In this document: piece by piece, positions 19,704 to 27,963 of the stretch
How positions within the stretch are numbered: the first letter of the stretch is position 1
Layout of the letters: every line of letters begins with the position of its first letter
DNA from: Defluviitaleaceae bacterium
GTDB taxonomy: Bacteria; Bacillota; Clostridia; Lachnospirales; WQUN01
DNA: 64,000 nucleotides
Direction: 5' to 3'
Assembly (NCBI GenBank): GCA_009781755.1
Contig: WQVD01000003.1
Span: 53,348 to 117,347, forward strand
The notes under the pieces: model-generated
What the model saw: only the letters and a program-made list of their open reading frames with translations
Database searches by the model: none
What the model was told of the DNA's origin: nothing
Position numbers and translations under genes: made by a program

Positions 19704-19835
19704 TTGCGACGCGATCCGCACGTTACAAGTTAATAAATTGCGAAGCGCACCACCCATTACAAGTTAATAAATTGCGAAGCGTACCACCCGCAATTTATTA
19801 ACGGGGCAATTCCGCTTTAGCGGAATTTTACTCAA
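19701..19835 (+). repeat. hairpin-repeat family 2, three tandem ~34-nt units plus the terminal hairpin
   Basis: The units are 19701-19733, 19734-19767 and 19768-19801 (TAAATTGCGAAGCG.ACCACCC...). They are followed by CGGGGCAATTCCGCTTTAGCGGAATTTTACTCAA. Confidence 0.8.
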
Positions 19836-19885
19836 CATCATATCTTTTCATCCTTTATATTTTAAAATCATTTTTGGAGGTTAAT

Positions 19886-20884
19886 ATGAAAAAAATTATG
19901 TTTGCGTGTTTGTTGATGGGTGCGTTGTTGGTAGCAATGGCAGCCTGCGGACGCGGAGAAGAAAGTGACCTTGTGACCGTGCGCGTTAGCGAAGTCATGC
20001 GTTCCGTTTTCTACGCGCCGCAATATGTAGCCATCGAACTCGGCTTCTTCGCCGATGAAGGCTTAAACATCGAATTATTCACATCCGACGGTGCTGACCG
20101 CGTAATGACCGCGCTGTTGACCGGTGCGGCAGACATCGGCTTTTCGGGTCCCGAAGCCACGATTTATGTATTTAATGAAGGCCGCGCCGACTTCGCCGTC
20201 ACCTTCGCCCAAGTCACCAAGCGCGACGGGTCGTTCCTCATCGCCCGCGAGCCCATGCCCGACTTCACGTGGCAGGACCTGCGCGGCGCACATGTGTTAC
20301 CCGGCCGCCGCGGCGGTATGCCCTTCATGGCACTCGAATACGTGACCCGCGCTCACGGCCTGACCCCGGGCGATGATGTGGATTTTGACACGTCCATCGC
20401 GTTCGCGGCCATGGTAGGCTCCTTCATCAGCGGCAACGGCGACTTTGTAACGGCCTTTGAACCTGTCGCATCCACGCTGGTGCTCGAGGGTAGGGGTTAC
20501 GTCGTAGCCTCCGTAGGCGAGGCCAGCGGCGAAATCCCTTACACCGCTTACTACGCCCTTGCAAGCTTCATCGATGCCAACCCCGAAATCATCCAAGGCT
20601 TCACCAATGCCATTGCCCGCGCCCAAGTATGGGTGCAGGAAAATGAACCCGCAGAAATTGCCCGCGTCATCCGCCCGTGGTTCCCCGATGCCGACCCCGT
20701 CATTCTCGAATCCGCCATTGCCCGCTACCTTGAAATCGATGCTTTCTCCGCTACGCCGTTCATGACCGAGGACTCCTTTGACCGTTTGCAACGCGTGATG
20801 GAATCCGCCGGGGAACTCACCCAACGCGCACCGTTTGACCAACTCGTAAACAACACTTTCGCGGAGAATGCTGTGGTGAGATAG
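19886..20884 (+). CDS. ABC transporter substrate-binding lipoprotein (NMT1/THI5/SsuA-like)
   Basis: The ATG at 19886 follows GGAGG. The lipobox is VAMAAC-G. The sequence is NMT1-like. Confidence 0.85.
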   Translation: MKKIMFACLLMGALLVAMAACGRGEESDLVTVRVSEVMRSVFYAPQYVAIELGFFADEGLNIELFTSDGADRVMTALLTGAADIGFSGPEATIYVFNEGRADFAVTFAQVTKRDGSFLIAREPMPDFTWQDLRGAHVLPGRRGGMPFMALEYVTRAHGLTPGDDVDFDTSIAFAAMVGSFISGNGDFVTAFEPVASTLVLEGRGYVVASVGEASGEIPYTAYYALASFIDANPEIIQGFTNAIARAQVWVQENEPAEIARVIRPWFPDADPVILESAIARYLEIDAFSATPFMTEDSFDRLQRVMESAGELTQRAPFDQLVNNTFAENAVVR

Positions 20885-20886
20885 CC

Positions 20887-21124
20887 GCATGCGCATAGGG
20901 CAATGCGATTGCTTGCTGTGCGGATTTTGGCAGTTTGCGATGCGCGCTCGTTAAGCACTTGCGTTAGTCAACTTTTTGAATCCCTGCACTATGGTCAGTG
21001 CAGGGATTTTTGTTGTGTGAGCAGGGAGTGAAAAAGATTGCCGAACGCCAAGTGCTAAACTCCCACGCATCGCAAACTGCCAAAATCCGCAAGGCTGCGC
21101 AATCACATTGCCCTACGCGCATGC
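20887..21124. repeat. ~240-bp long-arm imperfect palindrome enclosing a terminator
   Basis: The left arm is about 20887-20965 and the right arm about 21040-21124. They are reverse complements with only scattered mismatches, for example GCATGCGCATAGGGCAATGCGATTGC...GCGGATTTTGGCAGTTTGCGATGCG. Confidence 0.8.
20979..21012 (+). terminator. intrinsic terminator after the binding-protein gene
   Basis: ATCCCTGCACT-ATGGTC-AGTGCAGGGAT followed by TTTTTG. Confidence 0.8.
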
Positions 21125-21291
21125 TGCCACACGACAGCGGGGCGAAAGATTAGGTGGATTAGTGCGGGTGGGTTGTAGGTAATGCACTGTTTTGACCGAC
21201 TGTGTACGAATAAAGACCACTTATTAAATTGCGCTGGAAGGGGGAATATATATTTTTTATAATGTGATTAGATGGATTGGGAGGTGATGTG

Positions 21292-21732
21292 TTGAAGGTT
21301 GAAATTAATATTGACGCCGGTTTTGGTGAAACAAGGGTGGTGATTACGGCGAATAAAATGACGGAGGAGGTGAACGAGCTTGTTCGCAGGATATCGGAAT
21401 ATGCGCCGTCGGTATTGGTTGGGTTTAAGAATGATCATGCTGTGATGCTTGATTGCGGGAAGGTGATTCGATTTTATGCTGCCAATCAAAAGGTGTACGC
21501 AGTAACGGAAGATACCGAGTACACCCTACGCTTGCGGCTTTATGAACTTGAGCAGCGATTGGATTCCACTGTATTTGTGCGCATATCCAATTCGGAAATT
21601 GTTAATTTGAAAGAAATTAAGGGATTTGATTTGAGTTTTGCGGGCACCATTTGCGTGCAATTTTGCAATGGGTCGGCTTCATATGTATCGCGGCGTTATG
21701 TCGCCAAAATTAAACGAATATTAGGAATGTGA
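21292..21732 (+). CDS. stand-alone LytTR-domain transcriptional regulator (no receiver domain)
   Basis: GGGAGG lies at 21279-21284. The start is TTG 21292, with GTG 21289 and TTG 21277 as alternatives. The C-terminal LytTR-like sequence reads FVRISNSEIVNLKEIKGFD...YVSRRY. Confidence 0.75.
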   Translation: MKVEINIDAGFGETRVVITANKMTEEVNELVRRISEYAPSVLVGFKNDHAVMLDCGKVIRFYAANQKVYAVTEDTEYTLRLRLYELEQRLDSTVFVRISNSEIVNLKEIKGFDLSFAGTICVQFCNGSASYVSRRYVAKIKRILGM

Positions 21733-21742
21733 GGGAATGATT

Positions 21743-22192
21743 ATGAAGAAAAAAGCAATTTTGCGCGGGATGTTGGGTTTTCCTTTGGGTATTGCGTTGT
21801 GCCATGTGATAACCATTGTAATATCAATAGCTATTGGCGATGGATATCACTTGTCGGCAATCCCCGAATTGGTTTATGACTTTAACAACGAATTGAATGC
21901 AGTTATATTCCAAACTGCCTTATATGGCGTACTGGGTGCTTCTTTTTCGTCGGCTTCTGTTATATGGGAAGTGGAAAATTGGAGTATCGTCAAGCAAACG
22001 GGAATATACTTTATGATTACGGCTGCTACGATGCTTCCCGTTGCTTATTTTGGGCATTGGATGGATCGTTCGGTTTTTGGTTTTGTGATTTATTTCGTTG
22101 TTTTCGTGGCAATTTTTATCTTCATGTGGCTGGTTCAATATGCGGTTTGGAAAAATAAAATCAAGAAGATAAATAAGGGCTTTATCCGTTGA
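21743..22192 (+). CDS. DUF3021-like small membrane protein (putative LytTR-regulator partner)
   Basis: The ATG at 21743 lies 7 nt after GAGGGA, and ATG 21737 is also in frame. It has four TM helices. It sits immediately downstream of the LytTR gene. Confidence 0.7.
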   Translation: MKKKAILRGMLGFPLGIALCHVITIVISIAIGDGYHLSAIPELVYDFNNELNAVIFQTALYGVLGASFSSASVIWEVENWSIVKQTGIYFMITAATMLPVAYFGHWMDRSVFGFVIYFVVFVAIFIFMWLVQYAVWKNKIKKINKGFIR

Positions 22193-22242
22193 AATTATTT
22201 TGATAGAATATGTATATAATTATATTTCATGAGGTGATTGGC

Positions 22243-22512
22243 GTGTTAATAAAACCTTCTACCGTGCTACGCAACGAATACAACAGTATTTCTACATTGT
22301 GCAAAGAAAAGCGCGAACCTGTATTTCTTACCAAAAATGGAGAAGGTGATTTGGTGCTTATGAGTATCGAAACTTATAAATACCGCGAAGAAATGCTGGA
22401 CTTGCGCGAAAAATTACTTTTTGCGGAAGCAAATAGGCTATCCGGTGCCAAAACATACACCACTGCGGAAGTAGGCGATAGGCTGCGGGGGTTGATTGAT
22501 GGAAACCTATGA
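22243..22512 (+). CDS. type II antitoxin, Phd/YefM family
   Basis: The GTG at 22243 follows GAGGTGA. The sequence is ...STVLRNEYNSISTLCKEKREPVFLTKNGEGDLVLMSIETY. It overlaps the toxin gene by 14 nt. Confidence 0.8.
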   Translation: MLIKPSTVLRNEYNSISTLCKEKREPVFLTKNGEGDLVLMSIETYKYREEMLDLREKLLFAEANRLSGAKTYTTAEVGDRLRGLIDGNL

Positions 22513-22819
22513 TGTCCGGTTTTTGCAAGAGGCATTGGATGATTTAGAAGAAATTATTTTGTATATCGCGCAAGACAGCCGCGCTGCCGCACTCCGTATG
22601 CATGGCAAAATTATGGAAAAAGCCAACGACTTGTCGGTATTCCCAAAACGCGGGCGGTTAGTCCCTGACAAAAAAATGTCTGAGGCAGGATATCGTATAT
22701 TGGGGATTAAACCTTATTTGGTGTTTTATCGCATAATCGGGCGCGATGTTTTTATTTATCGTGTGTTACATGGAGCTGCGAACTACCCGCTCTTGTATCA
22801 ACAAATGACGCAAGCGTAA
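22499..22819 (+). CDS. type II toxin, RelE/ParE family
   Basis: 106 aa. The sequence reads ...DLEEIILYIAQDS...FPKRGR...YRILGIKPYLVFYRI....VFIYRVLHG. Confidence 0.8.
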   Translation: METYDVRFLQEALDDLEEIILYIAQDSRAAALRMHGKIMEKANDLSVFPKRGRLVPDKKMSEAGYRILGIKPYLVFYRIIGRDVFIYRVLHGAANYPLLYQQMTQA

Positions 22820-22827
22820 AGGAAGGT

Positions 22828-23175
22828 AATTAAATAACCCCACAACACGACAAACAAGCCGATGCATGAAAAAGAGTTAACCTTTTCTTGCATCGCCGGT
22901 TTGCCGTATTGTGGGGTTTTGGTTTGTTGCAATTTGGTGTTGCCTCATGAGGGCTTGTGCCGTACCGTTGGAAGGTTGACGTCGTGGGTTTGCTACCGTG
23001 CACTGTAGCTTGCCCGCCTTCTTTAGGTTTGGCGGTGTTGCGGGGTGTTGCAGATGTTGCATACAACCGAAGCAGGGAACTGATGAGCGCAGAGGCGCGG
23101 TGGAGTGGACACACTTCCGAAGAAGTGCATCTTCTTATCCGGCCATTCGACGCAGAGTGCCTTTCGACTGTTGTG
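22828..23175 (-). ncRNA. candidate structured ncRNA, paralogue 2 (unknown family)
   Basis: An extended -10 TGATATAAT lies on the minus strand at 23189-23181. The UUCG hairpin is at 23127-23112. The long terminator hairpin pairs 22918-22909 with 22845-22836 and is followed by ATTTAATT. Blocks are shared with 11886..12228. Confidence 0.6.
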
Positions 23176-23470
23176 TGGTGATTATATCAGGGTGAATTGA
23201 CCATTTTTAATTTGACATGTGCGCGTTTTTATGATTCGAAGTCATTTGTGCCAAATAACCAAAATATTTCGCCCACGTTTTCTTTCAAGTTGGCCGTCAT
23301 TTTTATACGGTGCCGGTTAATATCCAATTCCGTTGTTGACAAAGAGGTAAGCAAAGCAATCCCGCCCCAAGTCATCCCTCAAGGCTTGCAACTCACCTGA
23401 GGGGTGGTTTGTGTGAACACACACTCGGTTTAATATAAATTGCAATGTGATGGCTTTGTTTTAATTTACC

Positions 23471-23788
23471 TTATGTGTCTATTGCTTGAAGTAGTTTGAT
23501 CAAATCATTATTGGATAATTTGCCAATGGGGGTAGTTTGTATTGTTGATATCGGCAACTCAAGGATTTTGCCAATGTCTATATAGGATTGTTTTGCCAAG
23601 CCTGCTTGTGCCCAGTCGTCAATAGTTATGTAACGGGATCGTATGGCCGCGCTTTTGTTATCATATTGCGATGTAATTTGAAAAACTGCGACTTCATTTT
23701 TACATGCGGACAACACCAAAATAGGGCGACGTTTTCCGTCGCCACCCCATGACACATAGGCAATGTGTAAGTGATATGGATGCATCAT
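23471..23788 (-). CDS. PemK/MazF-like type II toxin
   Basis: 105 aa. The sequence is WGGDGKRRPILVLS...VAVFQITSQ...SYIDIGKILELPISTI....IGKLSNNDLIKLL. The start overlaps the antitoxin stop (ATGA). Confidence 0.65.
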   Translation of the reverse strand: MMHPYHLHIAYVSWGGDGKRRPILVLSACKNEVAVFQITSQYDNKSAAIRSRYITIDDWAQAGLAKQSYIDIGKILELPISTIQTTPIGKLSNNDLIKLLQAIDT

Positions 23789-24090
23789 CCATTCACCACC
23801 CAGTCGTAAATTTCGGGGTGTTCATCTTTGTTTACGGTGGCATATCCGTTTTCATCGGCTTCCAATTTAATTCTTGGGATATTGCGCTTGGCAATCGCTG
23901 CCGTGAGTTGTTCTTCCGGTGCAAGTGATACCACGGGTTGAAAAGGTAAGCGGCGTTCGGCGATGATTTGTCGATAAAACATGTCTATGGCTGTGGTTTG
24001 GTCAATTCCCATACGGTTCAAAAGCATAGTGGCGGTTTCTTTCACTGTTGTGTCAATTTTAACATTTACATTTGATTTGGTTGCCAACAT
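23785..24090 (-). CDS. RelB/DinJ family type II antitoxin
   Basis: The ATG at 24090 follows GAGGTG. The sequence is NVNVKIDTTVKETATMLLNRMGIDQTTAIDMFYRQIIAERRLPF. Confidence 0.7.
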   Translation of the reverse strand: MLATKSNVNVKIDTTVKETATMLLNRMGIDQTTAIDMFYRQIIAERRLPFQPVVSLAPEEQLTAAIAKRNIPRIKLEADENGYATVNKDEHPEIYDWVVNG

Positions 24091-24147
24091 CAAAATCACC
24101 TCGTTAACATTGTACGATATTATAACGCCGATGTACAGATGATGTCG

Positions 24148-25998
24148 TTACGCCACAGTATAATATTGCGCCTGTGCGTGCCACAATTCGTGATACTTGC
24201 CTGTGGTTTCGGCCACCAATGCATCATGACCGCCCCGTTGTATAAGTCGGCCTTCATGGAACACGGCGATGTCGTTACAGAAGCGGCAGGAGGACAAACG
24301 GTGCGAGATGAAGACGGCGGTTTTGGTGCCTGCGATTTCGTTCATTTTGCTGTAGACTTCGGATTCGGCGATGGGGTCCAGGGCGGCGGTGGGTTCGTCC
24401 AAGATGAGGAAGGGCGCGTCTTTGTACAGAGCGCGGGCCAAGGCGATTTTTTGCGCTTCGCCGCCGGATACTTCTACGCCTTCTTCTTCGAAGTTTTTGT
24501 ACAGACAGGTGTTTAAGTGCTTGGGTAGGGTGGCCAAACGGTCGGCGAAGCCGGTTTTGATTAGGCATTCGGCGGCTTTGGCGTGGTCGGGAGTGGCGGA
24601 TGCAGCGACGTTTTCTCCCAATGGGAAGGATAAGAGTTGGAAGTCTTGAAACACGACGGAGAAGATGTCCATGTATTGCGCGTAGTCGTACTTACGGATG
24701 TCGAAGCCGTTCAAGAGGATTTCACCTTCGGTGGGGTCGTATAAGCGGCACAGGAGTTTGATGAAAGTGGTTTTGCCGCTGCCGTTTTGACCCACTACGG
24801 CCAGACGTTGGCCTACGTTAAATTTGAGGGATACGTTGCGCAGGGCGTAGTCGTCGGACGTGGGGTATTTGAAACTGACGTTGCGGAATTCGATTTCGTA
24901 TTTGCCGTCGCTGCGTTTTTCGGTGGTGAGAGTGCCTTGGTACATGTTGTTGGGGGTGTCGAGGAAGTCGAAGATTTTTTGCATGTAGGGGGCGTTGTTT
25001 TTCATGGTGCCTAGGTGGGATACGAGTGCTGCGATGCCGCCGGATAATGCGGTGATCGCGCCGATGTATTGCATGATATTGCCTACGCCGAACGCGCCGC
25101 CCCATGCCTTCAAGCATACAAAGAGGTAAATCGAAATGGTAAAAATATGGAAAATGACGGTGGAGGCGACGTGCAACGCGCCCATCGGCCCGCGTGCCCA
25201 CCGCGCGATTTGCGACGTAGGGCCAAAGGAGTCGTACTTTTCGTCCTGCGCATAGGATTTACACACAATGTCTTGGCGGAACATGCGTATATCCTTGGCG
25301 CGGCGCACATCGTACCCGAAGAACCCGGCGAACCCGAATATGCGGTTACCCATGGTGGCACCATCGGCATGACGCGCCCAGTAGGACGATGCCTTGTTGC
25401 CCACCATCGGAGACAGGACGGTAACGCCTAACAGCACCGCGATCAAACCAACGACGAAGAGCGGATGGTTCAAAACTTCCACGTGACCGGCGCCTTGCGC
25501 CACGGGTTGGGTGAACAGCGATACGGTCAGCGCCACCGCTCCGCCGATGGTGAAGAACGATTTAACCAGCGGTTCTAACCCCCAAATTACTTTGCTGTGC
25601 CCCCAACCGCTCCAGTTGTGGGATTGGCGTATTTGTGAAAGGTTGTCGTGGGTTTTGGCGTCGTCCACATCCACAAAGTCCATGGAAAATAATTTGTCGG
25701 CTTCAATTTTGCGTATCATGTACCAATAATTGGCACTGTGGTAATTTTTCCAACGCGCCAACGCCGCGATGATTAACGCCAACACCGCGGCCGTAATCAA
25801 CGCCGCCAGCACAAGGAAGCGTAAGCGGTCTACATCGCGCGTGCCTGCGATTTCATTTAATATCTGCGCGGACAAGTAGATGCCTATAAAGGGTGCCAAC
25901 GCCGAAACCGCCGCGTGTACCGCAATGGATACCAACAAAAGCGGCTGCCGCGCCCACCAAAGTTTGTACGCGCGTTGGGTGAGTTTTAAATAATTCAT
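24148..25998 (-). CDS. ABC exporter, fused permease/ATPase (multidrug/peptide type), subunit 2
   Basis: 616 aa. It has a six-TM domain followed by Walker A GQNGSGKTT, signature VSGGEAQK and Walker B LILDEPTAALD. The start overlaps the upstream stop (ATGA). Confidence 0.9.
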   Translation of the reverse strand: MNYLKLTQRAYKLWWARQPLLLVSIAVHAAVSALAPFIGIYLSAQILNEIAGTRDVDRLRFLVLAALITAAVLALIIAALARWKNYHSANYWYMIRKIEADKLFSMDFVDVDDAKTHDNLSQIRQSHNWSGWGHSKVIWGLEPLVKSFFTIGGAVALTVSLFTQPVAQGAGHVEVLNHPLFVVGLIAVLLGVTVLSPMVGNKASSYWARHADGATMGNRIFGFAGFFGYDVRRAKDIRMFRQDIVCKSYAQDEKYDSFGPTSQIARWARGPMGALHVASTVIFHIFTISIYLFVCLKAWGGAFGVGNIMQYIGAITALSGGIAALVSHLGTMKNNAPYMQKIFDFLDTPNNMYQGTLTTEKRSDGKYEIEFRNVSFKYPTSDDYALRNVSLKFNVGQRLAVVGQNGSGKTTFIKLLCRLYDPTEGEILLNGFDIRKYDYAQYMDIFSVVFQDFQLLSFPLGENVAASATPDHAKAAECLIKTGFADRLATLPKHLNTCLYKNFEEEGVEVSGGEAQKIALARALYKDAPFLILDEPTAALDPIAESEVYSKMNEIAGTKTAVFISHRLSSCRFCNDIAVFHEGRLIQRGGHDALVAETTGKYHELWHAQAQYYTVA

Positions 25999-27851
25999 GA
26001 CGCGCTCCCTTCTGCATGAGCAACGAGATCGTCGCGGTAGTAGTGGCTTTGGATTTCAAAGAGTTCGGCGTATTTTTGTCCGTTGCGTATCAATTGGTCG
26101 TGTGTGCCTTCTTCGGTTATGCTGCCGCCGTCTATGAGGATGATGCGGTCACAAAAACGCGTACTGGCCAACCGGTGCGAAATATACACCGACGTGCGCC
26201 CGTCGGAAAATTCGTTGTATTTGCTGTACATATCTGCCTCGGCGATGGGGTCGAGCGCGGCGGTGGGTTCGTCCAAGATTAGCAATGGAGCTTGCTTGTA
26301 CAGTGCGCGTGCCAGCATGAGGCGTTGCGTTTCCCCGCCGGATAATTCTACGCCTTCGTTAAATACCGTTTTGGTCACATATGTGTCAAAACCCTGCGGA
26401 TAGGATTCGATTTTTTCCAGCAGTCCGGCATCATTGGCGCATGCACGTAACCGCGCTTCATCGGGCGCACAGATGGATTGTGTAATATTCTCCGTAATCG
26501 TCGTGGGTAAAATCGAAAAATCTTGGAACACAGACGAAAAATGCTTGTAATAATCGCGCCGATTGTATTGGCGGATGTCTTGGCCGTTGAGCAGCACATG
26601 CCCCGCCGTGGGGTCGTACAAACCGCAGATGAGCTTGACCAGCGTGGTTTTGCCCGCGCCGTTGAGGCCTACGATGGCCAATTTCTCGCCGGGTTGGAGG
26701 GTCAAGTTGATGCCCGTGAGGGTATCTTTTTCCGCACCGGGGTATCGAAAAGAGACGTTGTCCAGCTTGATTTCGTACCGTGCGTTGGTTTCGGGTATCA
26801 GCGGCAAGCCATCTTCAAATTTGAACGGCTCATCCCACTCAATGAACTCACGCATGTTGGAAAGATCCAGACTTTGCCGGTGCAGCGTTTCAACATTGGA
26901 CAAGATGCCACCCACCCAGCCCGAAAATCCGCCCACCGCCGCAAAGAAAAGCAAAAACGCCGCGGCAGAAAGCCCATCGTTTAGCACCAAATAAATCAGA
27001 TACGCATACGCTATCCCGTTGCGTGCCAATGTTAACACCGCGTCAATGATATCGCCCCAAATATACACACGCTCGCGTCGCGCGATGAAGGATTGGTACA
27101 AGCGCATCCAACTGTCGTGTACATCGGTGAGCCATTGCCGCATACCGAAGATGCGCACGTCCTTGGCCAGCGTGTACTTATTGGATTCGCGCGTGATGTA
27201 GTTCATGCGGCGGGAGTATTCGGCTTCTACATCGCGGTGTCGGTAGCCCCAACCATTGAAATGACGGCTAAATAAGAAGCCTACCACGCCCGTCACCAGC
27301 ACAATCGCCACAATCCACCATTGCAATGACGCCAATAACACCAAATAAATCACAAAGCCTGCGCTATTGGTCATCAAGTCGGTCAACGTATCCCAAATCG
27401 CTTCTGCGGCGGATGAATTGGAATTGACCGTCACCGATGCGGTATCTTGCCGTTTTTGTACGTCCTGATCTTCCACCAACGGAAAGGACATTTGACAAAT
27501 TTTGTCGTGTATGCGGCTTACAATGACCGACCGCACCGCCACCCGCCCGAAAAGCGTATTTCTGCCGATGTACGTGTTCAACGCACCCACCAGCAGCATG
27601 CCACCGGTAAACAGCAGGATAACCGTCACCAAACGCTCCAGCGGTGCCACGGCTTCCACTTCCGCAATTATTGCCGGCGCGATGAACAGGCCTAACAGGC
27701 TGCTAACAACGGCCAACATTGCAAGCAATACACACAAAACCAATACGCTGCGGTTTCTGCCCCATGCGGTGCGTATCATGTAAGCTGTGTTTTGGAACAA
27801 ATTGTAACGCGGTTTTTTGCTGATGGATTTGTACGGGCTGGCAGGCCACAT
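25995..27851 (-). CDS. ABC exporter, fused permease/ATPase, subunit 1
   Basis: The preferred ATG is at 27851 (MWPASPYKSISKKPRYNLF), downstream of the 27893-27922 terminator. Walker A is GLNGAGKTT, signature LSGGETQR, Walker B LILDEPTAALD. Confidence 0.85.
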   Translation of the reverse strand: MWPASPYKSISKKPRYNLFQNTAYMIRTAWGRNRSVLVLCVLLAMLAVVSSLLGLFIAPAIIAEVEAVAPLERLVTVILLFTGGMLLVGALNTYIGRNTLFGRVAVRSVIVSRIHDKICQMSFPLVEDQDVQKRQDTASVTVNSNSSAAEAIWDTLTDLMTNSAGFVIYLVLLASLQWWIVAIVLVTGVVGFLFSRHFNGWGYRHRDVEAEYSRRMNYITRESNKYTLAKDVRIFGMRQWLTDVHDSWMRLYQSFIARRERVYIWGDIIDAVLTLARNGIAYAYLIYLVLNDGLSAAAFLLFFAAVGGFSGWVGGILSNVETLHRQSLDLSNMREFIEWDEPFKFEDGLPLIPETNARYEIKLDNVSFRYPGAEKDTLTGINLTLQPGEKLAIVGLNGAGKTTLVKLICGLYDPTAGHVLLNGQDIRQYNRRDYYKHFSSVFQDFSILPTTITENITQSICAPDEARLRACANDAGLLEKIESYPQGFDTYVTKTVFNEGVELSGGETQRLMLARALYKQAPLLILDEPTAALDPIAEADMYSKYNEFSDGRTSVYISHRLASTRFCDRIILIDGGSITEEGTHDQLIRNGQKYAELFEIQSHYYRDDLVAHAEGSAS

Positions 27852-27892
27852 TTGAATTCCGCCTTTCCGGTGGATTTGTTGCGATGATAGCA

Positions 27893-27922
27893 TAAAAAAA
27901 TCCCCGATATTTTTTCGGGGAT
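27893..27922 (-). terminator. intrinsic terminator after the histidine kinase gene
   Basis: On the minus strand: ATCCCCGA-AAAAATA-TCGGGGAT followed by TTTTTTT. Confidence 0.8.
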
Positions 27923-27963
27923 GAATGGTTGGATTTTGGGGGTGAAGTGTTATTTGGGTGACA

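Noticed and set aside
19701-19801. Three tandem ~34-nt repeats that superficially resemble a mini-CRISPR array.
   Set aside because: The units are directly abutting with no unique spacers. They are degenerate copies of a hairpin element also found at 17390. No cas genes or leader are present.
11841-23222. The two inverted ncRNA copies as terminal repeats of an ~11-kb mobile or invertible segment.
   Set aside because: The segment contains core genes (ruvAB) and an importer. No recombinase or transposase is present. The copies are too diverged for homologous inversion, and no target-site duplication is visible.
23197-23400. A 67-aa ORF in the AT-rich spacer next to ncRNA copy 2, considered as a possible peptide-pheromone or bacteriocin precursor.
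   Set aside because: There is no SD, no signal or double-glycine leader, and the composition is consistent with random AT-rich sequence.
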